Notes under the pieces: generated by a model
Told to the model about the DNA's origin: nothing
The model's database searches: none
Seen by the model: the letters and a program-made list of their open reading frames with translations, nothing else
Part shown: positions 26,401 to 38,400 of the stretch, piece by piece
Position numbering within the stretch: the stretch's first letter is position 1
How the letters are laid out: each line of letters begins with the position of its first letter
Position numbers and translations under genes: made by a program
DNA from: Girardia tigrina
Lineage: Eukaryota
DNA: 49,023 nucleotides
Reading direction: 5' to 3'
NCBI GenBank assembly: GCA_001938485.1
Contig: MQRK01222846.1
Coordinates: 36,839-85,861 of the forward strand

Positions 26401-29400
26401 AATCATAAGAACTTTTTGATGGATCCGAGTATCCGGTTACCTCCAGATCTTCATTGTCTACCAACGCTCCCAGATATATGCGACACTCATTATTGAGGTT
26501 AAAATTGTCTTTCCCAAATTCAATAAACTAATATGAAACTTTTGCTGCGTAGTAGCATTGTATCTAAATACACTTTTGATGTTTCTCTTGGTTTCTGATG
26601 TTGAGGTTCCACGTAGGAACTCGTACTTCATAATATTTTGAATTTCTGCTTTTCCTACTTTTTTAAAATACTGATTATTAAAACAAGTTATAATTTAAAT
26701 TAATTTTCAATAGCAAAAATATGCAACAATCAAACAAAAAGAAGTGAGCAACAAAATTTTAGGTTATTGCAAAATTATTACTAATTTATTGTAATCATGT
26801 TTATGAGAAATATTTTAAATTGGTATGTTGAATTTTGTATGTTGAGTTTAGTATTTGGAAATGTGTTTCTTCGACCCAGATGGAAAATTGATATTTTGGA
26901 TGTTCACGATGAATTTGCATTTCATTTGAATTTCACGAGTATAATTTACATTTTAAAGTACAGCATAAGATATTTAAAAACTTTGAAAATATTAAATCGT
27001 TTCAAATTTTAATAACAAAAAAATAAATAAAGTAAATAACTTTTAACTAATTTTTAAATTGATTAAATTAATATTTAAATTGATTAAAGGAAAATACGGA
27101 TTTAATAACAAAATTGTCTATAGATCCTCCGTAAAAATATACTTTTTTCTTTTTAATTAATAAATATTTATCAGTAAGCTTTTTTATAATTATGAGGGGT
27201 TAATTAAAATTTTTATCTCGCCTGAATAATTTATTATTTTTTTAATTTAAAGGGTAAAATATTTTTATATTAATATGCTTATTCAATATTTTAAAATTAA
27301 AAATGATATAATAAAACAACTATTAAAAAATCAAAAACGTTTTTTAAAAATAAAATATTTTTAATGTGTTTTTAAATAGTTTAAAAAATTTAAAAATGAT
27401 ATAATAAAAGAAAATCATAAAAAATAAAATATCTATTTAAAAATAAAAAATATCTTTTAATGTTTGTATTAAATATCTTAAAATTAAAAATGTCAAGAAA
27501 ACAAAAATATTAAATATTTATTTATAAATAAAAATATTTTAATAAGGAATTTTAAAAAAACTTTGAAATAATTTTTGAAATAAATTTTCGAAATAAATTT
27601 TCAGGATTTTAAAAATTAAATCGAAAAGAATTTAATAGATTAATTTGGATCGAGATAATTAAATTAACAGGAAAATTTGTTTTAAAGATGTGAATTGTTA
27701 TATAAATAAATTTTTGTGTTAAAAAAATGAATCCTGATATTGAGGTTGCAACCACTTCTCACAATATTTTTTTTAAAAACAAAATCATTTTAATGTAAAA
27801 ATTAACCCCTACAATTATAGTGAGAAGGGTATTAATTTATTTTAATATTAACACAATAAAATCAAATATTATTGTCTGCATTTTTAAAAAAATATAGAGA
27901 CGAGTATAATTATGGTCCTTCAACAATTATTTAATGTACCTTTTTTCTGTTGACCGACATACCGAGCTTTTAATTGTAATTTGGACCAGTATATGGATTT
28001 TTCATTAAGGTTTATATCCTTTAAAAGAATAATTATTTTCTACCTTGTCTTTCCTATGTCTTCGTCTCTTCTCTAGTATTTTTAAAACTTGGTGTTTATT
28101 TTCTTCTAAATATAAACCATATAATGCATATGGATTTATTCATATGATCTTGAACCATCGCTCCACTCCATATATCATTATAGTGTACATGCAAATAGTA
28201 AAATTGATGGAGTGTGATGCGAAAATCAAGAATAAGCAAAGTTTTTGGACATCCCTTCAGTTATAACTTACATTAGCTTTGTGAATTTATCTGGAGGACA
28301 CTTTAAAAACTGGGAGAACCCAAATTTGAAGCAATTATTTGGGTTATCGTTTTATTTTGACTAATTTAATAACTTATGATTTTATTGATTTAAAATATTA
28401 TGTGATGTTTTTTGAATTTCCATATCTCTAGAGAAAAGTTGGAAAAGTATCAAATTAATTATGCTATCCAATTTAAAGGGTCAATAGGTGTTTTTCGAAT
28501 ACTAAAAAAATAAAATTTCTTACTTCCTAAAAGAACCTCAAAATGGAATAAACTATCTTTGATCGAACACAGAATCCAAGGTAGGCTAATGTGTTGAATA
28601 TCGGAATTCTCTTTTGTAAATTGAACTATAGCTTCATCTGCAAGCATTTTAAATTGAAGATCTTGTTCATAAAACGTGTTCAGTAACTGATATCTGGCAT
28701 CAAAGGATGTATAGAATATTTTGTACCAATTTAAGGCACTGTTTATGATTTGATTAGTGAACACTGTGGATAATGGTAAATCCCTATTTACAACCGTGCT
28801 CAATTCGTTTTGATAGAGTTGATGAAAACTGCTCATACATCTTAAATTTTTGAAAATTCTTTCTATCATTCGATGCTTCTCCGTATTTTGGCTAAATGCT
28901 TCCCGGGATAAGGAATATATAATCTACAAAAAGAACATTATTTAAGGTAATAATAAACTTAAAATCAATAACGAAGTCAATTAAAATAAAAATTGATAAA
29001 ATAAAAATAATAATTATATATAACAGAAGTTTAAATCATCTTTTAAGACTATTAAATTTATCAATGGATGCTTGACTTTCATACATAATTACTAAAATTA
29101 TCACTATATAAGCATTACATACATATCAGCGACGGCGAACCTATGACACACGAGCTCATTTGTGGTGGCATCCATCTTTAAAGATAAGAAATTTCATAAT
29201 TCAAATGTTTGCCTCTTACAACAGTCATATTTGGTTATTAAAAATATTATTAGTTCGGCCCAAGGTCACTTTGTGAGAATCTCTAAATGACGAGTTTTTT
29301 AATTAATTTATTGTTAATATTTTCATCAATAGTGATTTGAATTTATCAAAATATATTAATTAATTCAAAACAAAAGAATAGTTTGTTAGTGAAAAAAAGC

Positions 29401-32400
29401 ATTAAACAAATAAATTACTTAAAAATATAAATATTTTATTTTTTAGTCTTTATTGTTGTGATGTGTGACATGCCACGAAAATTATTCTTCGATTTTTCGA
29501 ATTTATAATTATTTCTTTATTCTCGTTTATATTTATTTATATCTTTATTCAAATCTTCAAATATGTAAAATATTTAGATATCCGTATATATTTATTTATG
29601 TGACACATTGATGTTAATATACTTATTTGTATGAATAATAAATCAGAAATAGAAATATTATTGACTTTGATCTCTAAGGATCATAAAAAATCAATTTTAA
29701 AAGATTAATAAGAAATTCAAAAAAGCTGAAATCAGCTTATTAGTTCCAACCATTTGCCAAGTAAATTATTTATATATGAACAATAGATACTCTGATTTAG
29801 TCTGATGATTTTTGATTTCAAAAAGACTATATTTAAGAAGAATACATTCTTGTGCTGCGCCTTCTGAGACTCACCCACTATAACTTTTAGTAAAAAGTTA
29901 ACATTTAAAGATCAATTAATAAGATTCCATTTGTATTTCTTTAATATTTCTGTCACTATGGGATTAAGACAAAAAGGATACGGAAATGGGAGATGTACAT
30001 CGAAGTTTTGAATGTTGATATTATCAACGAAAAGAAATATTTTTATGGAGATAATACAATTCGACTTCCTCGAAAAACTCAAATAATTTGGATTGATTTA
30101 AGAAGGATCTTAGATTTCCAGGCAGACCTTCTGAGTGATGGTTGAAGACCTTTTGGTCTTTCAATTTTGTAGATTCTGAAAAATTTCGAAGATGAATTAT
30201 ATTTTTACAAGTTTTTTGGTTGTTAAGTAATGAATATTATTTTTTTACATTCTGTTATCGATTATATGATTTTAAATTTTAACGTATGAGTAATAAATTG
30301 CTATCCTTACCTTACATCAGTATATCTTAGTTTAGAAAAAAACTTTATTAATCAAAACTAAAACAGTTAAAATGTATATATTTTACCTCCAACGAGGTAC
30401 AGATATATTTATTCCAGAAGCGTAAAAATAAGGAGTTCTTGAGTTGATGAATTCATTGAGAATGTTTGAATACTACACTCGAAATTGTCACGGAACTGAG
30501 CAATGGTAGCAGGCCTTGTGTGGTACAAATGCTCCTTCAGGTAGCCCCAAGGGAAGTAATCACACACAGTTAAGTCAGGCGAACAAGGGGCCTCTTCATT
30601 GAACCACCTCTACCGATCTACCGCTGAGGAAACCTTTGGTCGAGCCAGATGTGTACTGAAGCTGCGTAATGAACAGGAGTCCTGTCATGCTGGAAGGTAA
30701 GCCTCTTGTATCTCACATAAGGTCCAACGGTTTTTTACAGCAAGAGTAGATAGGCATCATCATTGACTGGACTATCAAATAATTAAGGTCCCAAGACACC
30801 CGCCAAAGTTACTCCACACCACACCATAATTCTCTGGCGAGAGTTTAAAATCTGCTCTTGAGCTTGTGGATTCTTAGGACCCCACCTAACATTGTTGTGT
30901 CGTGACACTGCTCCAGATAGGTGAAACAAAGATTCGTCTGTTCACATTATGTGGTCAACTAAGTAAGGGTCGGCATCTAATTTCTCCACAATCGTTTTGG
31001 AAAACTCTTCTCGTCCATCAAAGTCGCAGTCACTGAGCATTAGCACGTGTTGCGCACGGTATGGCTTAAGATCATGTTTCACAAGCAGGTGGTGGTAGCT
31101 CGTTCGTGGCAGGTCAAGAGCGACTGCCCCACGAGACACAGACATTAAAGGATCTGGGGCGACCAACTTTTGAACTTATTCGAGCCGTTCAGGCGTTGTA
31201 TATGTAGCTGGGCGCCCTGACCTTTGGAGATCTTCAACGCTTCCCGCCTGCTGAAATCTTTTAAACACTGCCTGGATCGTCGTAAACTTAGGATGGGAAG
31301 TAGCAAAATGAAAATGCCACTGCCTTCGTACATCTTTATAATTCTGGAATTGTGCGTAGAGATTTACCATTTTAATTCTCTGCTCAAGAGGGCGTCGTGT
31401 CGAGATTTCATTCATCTGTAAATAAATGAGAATAGTCAGTATTAAAATGTAAATATGAATTTCCGCGAAATAAAATGCCTTTCTAGAAATAGATTAAAAC
31501 AAACATCATCCCATTACTTTTGGAACACCCTATATTGGACAGAATGTCGCTGGTTGTTTTACAGAATCCAGCTTTCAACAAACGTTACAATTCATTTAAG
31601 AAAAAATATCATTTTGTTTCAAAAAAAGTACATTGTCCAACTCAAGACGGAACATTTTTTTATTTTCTTTTAATTCAAGTGATATCTATTTGTCAAGCTT
31701 TTTTGACTTCCCGATTTCTTGAAGGGAGATTGAAAAGTTCTAACATATACAGTGTTAAGAGAACTCACACATTTGTCAGAACATTTATTATATTCACAAT
31801 TTTTATCATCTTTATGATGATCAACAGTAAGGCTTTCACTAGATTCCATCAATCAATTTTTCAATATNNNNNNNNNNNNNNNNNNNNNNNNNNNNNNNNN
31901 NNNNNNNNNNNNNNNNNNNNNNNNNNNNNNNNNNNNNNNNNNNNNNNNNNNNNNNNNNNNNNNNNNNNNNNNNNNNNNNNNNNNNNNNNNNNNNNNNNNN
32001 NNNNNNNNNNNNNNAAAATTAAATATTGACAATCCATCTGGTTAGGAGAGGCACAATCCCAAATCAACATACAACATTTAAACATACAAAAACTACACAA
32101 AAACATCCACACACCAAATATTCCTCACATACAGCAAGTTCTGAAAGTGTAACATCTTAATTAGCGTTGAATAATACTTATAATTAACTATATTAAATAG
32201 TGAAATTCCGTTCATGACGCTCCTTGGCCTTCAATGTTTTCATTTTATAACTAAATTTCTAGAACTAACGTTGAACCGTTCATTCAATAGTAGGTCCTTT
32301 CGTATATTTAGGGTTGATATTGCAAGCCGTTTCGACTCCTTTGAATCTCGTCTTGAAAGCCTACCAAAACTTCCATCAAATTTGCTTGTTTTCTATTATT

Positions 32401-35400
32401 CATTTATTTCTTTTTGGAATTTTAAATTTCACTTAGCTTGTCAAAAAATTTAATTAAAAATTCCTTCATTTTTCTGAAAATACATTATTAAAATAAAATT
32501 TATTATTAATTTTGTATTATATTCTTCGAAAAAATAATTCCTTATTATTCACTTACAAATAAACTAATCCTATACCTCAAAAATACTTATGTTTGTTAGG
32601 GTTTTTTTGGTAAACTTTAAATTTTTGAAAGTTTTTAAATTGAAAATCATATTTATAGTTAAGATAAGTTAAAATAATGTTTTACTAATTAAAATGAATT
32701 TTTTAATAAAATGGACTATTGAAGAAATTTTCTATAAGTAAAAATTAATTTTTAGAATAATTTAATTTCTATAAAAATGAACATTTTAATAGATTGAAAT
32801 GTTATTAAAGTTTTCTATGAGTGAAAACTTAATTTTTAGAATAATTTAATTTCTGTAAAAAATGAATAAATATAAACAATAATTTAAGAAAATTAATTTA
32901 TAATAGAAGTTACAATATTGTGATTAAATAAAAAAAAACAGATTGGGATTTAATTTTCGTAAAAAAACTTTTTAAGTTTTAATTAATAGTGAAATTATAA
33001 AATTTAAATTAATTAAAATTATTTATATTTCAAATAGGATATCTGGTTGTGCTAAAAATGAAATACTGTTCCTCAGAAATTTGTTTAAAAATTATTGTTT
33101 GGTAGAAATAAAAATTTTGTGTTGTTAAATTCTACCTTTGATCAAGAACCAAACAGTGTTCATTTATGCAGTCTTGATTTCCTTTTGTATGAAAGAAACT
33201 GCAGCGCGAACCAAGGGCTATATGAACCTTAAATATGTATCAAAATATTTTGGTAGGGTTTAAGATACACTTTAATAGCCTAACTTTTAACTATTTGCAG
33301 TATTCAATAATCCAAATATTTTTTTATAAATCTTTTCATTATTTTTGAGATTTTCTTTTATTTATTTTTACAAATAGTGACAGTTTTATTTATATTTTTG
33401 AAATGATTAGTTGCAAAGTTTTAATTTTTAATTGAAAAATCAATAAATTATCAAACTCTTCCAATAAATAAATAAAAATAAATACTTAAAATACAAATTC
33501 CAAACGCATTTTAACAATCAAAATAATTGAAAATAAAAAAAAACAGAATACAAAAAATATATTTAAAATAAATTTAATTTTTTTAATAGAAAAAAAATCA
33601 ATAAATTATAAAATAAATTTTATAAAAAGCTTTCAATAAATAAAATAAATTTCAACAATCAAAATAATTTAATATAAAAAAGAATATATAAAATATATTT
33701 ACAGTAAGCTCTGTCTTTCTAAAATAAATAAGGTTTAATTCATTGTTTTATAATGTATTGTTCTATCATCTAGTATTCATTTGTTTGTGTTTTTAAGCAA
33801 TAGTTGAATAACATAGGCTCTTGAACCATTTAATTTGCTATGTTTTTAGTGTTTCAAAGTCTATTGTTGTTGACGTTTCAATGATTTTATTATTTTTAGA
33901 ATGCATTTCAAGTTATAAGAAAATCGATCACAATGATGAATTAAAAATTGAATAAAGTGTTGCAAAAATTCATCTAAAAATTCAAGATGGTAAAGGGTCT
34001 TTTGCAGTAGAAACCTTCACGAACGAGGAAACGATTTATTATTAAAATCTATCAACAAGATAATTTTAAAAATATAATTTAATAACTCTTAAGTGATTCT
34101 TTAATATATATGATAAAATTGAAAAATTATAAAAAAATATGATAAAATATTTTAAGAATTAACAATTTTAAAAGATAATGATGAGCAGGTTTCCTATACT
34201 CAACTTTGTTAATCTACTCTTTGTATTGGATGTTATTTAAAAATAATGTTTTTATACTTTAAGGAAGGATGTTCGATTAGGTGAAATAAAAAAAATAATA
34301 TAATTAATTTAATATTTTTTTAAATCAAATGATTTTGGAGAATGTTATTTATTAAAATGTGGCGCAAATCAAGTTACCAAGCAATGATTGTTTTAACCGT
34401 TGAAAGAAGACTTTTTCTATAAACATCATAAAGTGAAATAGTAAGTTATTGGACGGAGGAACAATCTGTTAATAACATATGCGACTAGAGTTATGTAGTG
34501 TGACGGCAGCATGATCATAGCGTGATCAAAATAGTAAAAGACGGCATGGGCTGAATAAATACCCTGGTGAAGTTCCTGGAGGCCTGAAACAATTAAAGCT
34601 TCAATTTACTTGATTTACTGTTGTTTGTAAAGAATTTCTTTTTGAAGAAATAGTTTTTGTTTGCGGAGCTTTGGTTACACATTTAATAAAATTGAACGAT
34701 CGTTATGGTATTCAGTAGTCAAATCTGTCCAATTATTGTGAACAGACGCCAGTTCCGTTTTGAGAGATGGGGTAGTTTATGCCCTGGTGGTCAATAAAAT
34801 GGGAAAGTAATGGAAATTGATTACGATATGAACTTCTTCTGAAATTGGTGATTATGTTTGCTCAGAAAAATAGGAACCTGGAAGGACGTGGGTGTTGATG
34901 AACGTTGGTTACTTACTCGAAAGATGTTAATCTATCACGCCATAATGAATAGCGGTAGTACCCCGGACTTAGTTTGAAACTGGATGTAGAAAATGTCAAA
35001 CACCGCTAATAGACACAAGCAGTATGAACCCAAGGTACTGGTCCTAGCAAATTATAATCAATTTTCTAGTCAAAAGACGCTTTGTACCAACAGATAAAAG
35101 GTTGTTTTTATTTATATTAAATGGTTTGTTTTGAAGGACAATTTAAACTAAGAATCAAACACTGCTGTCATTTGTTCTATTCAATACCAAACAATTTTAT
35201 AAGATGCTTCTCTGTTTACTTCAATTTTTCTATTGAAAATATGAAAAATCGCAATGTCTTTTCGTATTCTTATTCACAAATGTCATCCCGTTACCCTGTG
35301 AAGGTATGCTCTTCAATAAATGCAGCCAAAATTGATAGAGATATTCGACATTTACAACTATTAATGACAATCCTTATTACTTCTTCAGGATCATATAAAT

Positions 35401-38400
35401 TTGTAATTATACCATATATTGCTTAATCAATTGTTAAAAGATTTGATTTTTCCAAAAAGACAATATATTATAATGTCTTTAAAATCGTCGATTTTCTTGA
35501 AGAAGTTATATTTGACTGTTGAAAGGTAGTTGAAAAGAGGTGTTTGTAAGAAACTGGTTACATAAAAGACGTATTTAATCTTTTCAATAAGAAAAAAAGG
35601 GGTTGGGATTATAGTTTAGGCCGTTGAAGTGTGTGACTTCTAGAAAAAACTGTTGTATAACACCCTTGACAAAGTACTCAAACCTTTGATCTAGTCTCAT
35701 AAAAACTGATCGTTCACCCTTCCCAAACAATCACATACTCGACAATTCGGTTTATTGTTCAGTAAATGATCAGAATATTGTCATTTACATCCTGTTTGTC
35801 AAATATTCTAATAAAAATCTGATAAATATTTTCTAAAATAATTGAATAAAATAGAATCATTAAATTGACAATGTTATCTTATCATAATAATAAATAAATA
35901 TTGATGATTGTTAATTATTAAAAATACAAATAAACGATTATGTCACACAAACATTTTAAGTGTTGTTATTTTCAATTTTGATATTTGATTTTCTTTTTTT
36001 TGTCATTTTATTTATTTTCTTTTTTCAAATTATTTTTCAAATAAATTAATGAATGAGAAATTCGTATTTCTTTTGTCACAAAAGATTTATTTTTTTTTAT
36101 TTTTTATTTGAATTATTTGAATATTTTCTATTGTTATATGCTTTGATAATATTTTAATTTATTGAATTTATTTATTGTTAAATTTGATTTCTAAATTAAA
36201 TTAATATTTTGAATATGTTTTTTTTAAAAAGTATAAAACTTAAGATTTGTTTTAAGTACTGAATATTATTTTGTTTAAATGCAATAAAAGATAATCTTAC
36301 ATCACAGATCTTTATTATTAACTATATACAGAGAAGTTTGTCGAGTAAGGTTCGATAACATTCCAATCATTTCTATACTTCAAACAAATTTTAATAATCC
36401 TCTTCTTATTTCAATTTTCAGTACCTTTATATATAGGAGATTTAAACGTAGTAGGCAACTAAGTAATAACCGATTTCAGTTATAGATGTCTCTCACTCCC
36501 ATTTTTATGATATCCGTAAATCTTATGAACTTACTCCTTTATATGTTATCTGTCATTCTAACCTAGCTTAACAAATTCATTGCATAGATATTTTCTTAAA
36601 TTTTTTTAAAGATTTCAATAAATAATATGGAGTCCAAAAATGAACATTTTGTCATATTTTTCATTATTATTTCCGTAGAATAAACGTAGTTCAAGTCGCT
36701 AAAAAGTTACGTGATGTGTATGATAAAGAAGCTTTTAAATAAAGGCAATACCGAAATTGGTTAAGAAAATTTGTTTATAAAATCTCACTTAACTCCGCTT
36801 TTCATAGTTTCTATTGGCGTGGAATTTTCAAGTTGTCATAGAGATGGCACAAGGTCATCGAATAAAATGGAAAATTCATCAAAGATTAAAGTTCATTCCA
36901 AGTAAAAAAAAACTCTTTTAGTTCATTGAACAAATCGGCCATTATTTAGTTGCCAAATGAATATTTGTATAATTTATTATTTCGGGGATCACAAAACTCA
37001 AAATTTAAGAAAAATGTTGCCATGAAGGGCAGAATTTATTTGTTTATTTAATGATCCAATTCATAACATATTTTTGCAAAAGATATCAAAATATATTTAA
37101 GGCTTTATATAAAACTAAGTCAGAATAAAGAAGAAAGACTGTGAATTATGTACAAGATGAATTGTATAATTTATAAACAGAAATTAAAAATCAATCGTTA
37201 CTGGACGAAAATAATAATAAATCAAAACAAGAAGAATTCGTAATTTTAAATATTCTTGACTACAGTAACGCAACCAGAAGGGGTAAAAGGGTATATTTGC
37301 ACCCCCCAAAAAATTTTTTTAATTATATTTAAAATTTATAAAACAATACAAATGAAATGAATTTAATTTGAAAATTCGAATCAAATTCAAATTCCTATAC
37401 TCGTATGTAAAAATAACATTATTTAAATTCATGTATCTATTCAGCGTTTAAATCAGTGTTTTAAAAATACATATGTTTTTAAATCTTTTAATGTGTTAAA
37501 AATTATTTTTGCACCCCCTAATAAGAATCTCTACTTAACTATACAAAAATTTATTTTTACAGTGTTTTTTTTCGAAATAGCTGAAATATTTTTGAAATCA
37601 TAACAATGATTAGGAATTTGACACTTGTCTTTGACATTATTGTCTTTATTTTGATTATATTTTTCTTTATTTTCATATTATTAAAAAAGATTGTTTCCGA
37701 ATATTAGTATTCCCATTTTCCTAACTATCCGATTGACGATTTCGCATATCCCCACATGTTGTAACACATATTCATCTATTAAATTATTATCATATCATGA
37801 AATCCTGAATTTATTTGGCTATATTATTTTAAAAAAAGAATAAGGTAAGTATTTAATTATTTATATTTTTTAAATGTTATTCATATTCATAATATTTTTT
37901 CATCATTATTGTCTTTTGACTTTTATTATAATTTTATAGTAAAGGAAATATTATTATTGGTATATACTATTCTTGATAACTCTTTTACAATTAACATTTA
38001 AAATTTGAAAAAAAATGAAAAATTATATAATATTAATTAAAAAAATATTTATAATTAATTTCAATAAATTAAAAAATATATATAAAAATATTACTGACAA
38101 ATTTTAAATATTTTTTTTTAATTTTTTTGAATTATTTTATTAATATTTATAATATTAAAAAAAATAGATTTGATTTTAGCAAGAAATACATGTAATTCAT
38201 GTTAAAAATATATCATGTGGTAAACTGTAAAAATCAGAAAAAAATATTTTTTTTATTTTTTTTTAACTTATAATTTTTTTACGTATTATTTTACTTTATA
38301 TATACATAAAAAAATATTTAAAATTTAAAAAAAATTTACAAATTATAAAATAAATTTAATTCCGACTTCCATCAATAGTAAATCACCTCAAGTATCGCGA

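Noticed and set aside
30387-30465. Additional FGD exon (a GTAAAA donor is present)
   Set aside because: It translates as a mariner tail, and exons 1 and 2 already join in phase with continuous DH alignment.
31520-32112. ORFs containing X runs (also several at 18991-19761)
   Set aside because: Their length is an artefact of N gaps.
34440-35810. Further Tc1-like and LINE-like remnants
   Set aside because: Only faint motif echoes; boundaries and family cannot be supported without a search.
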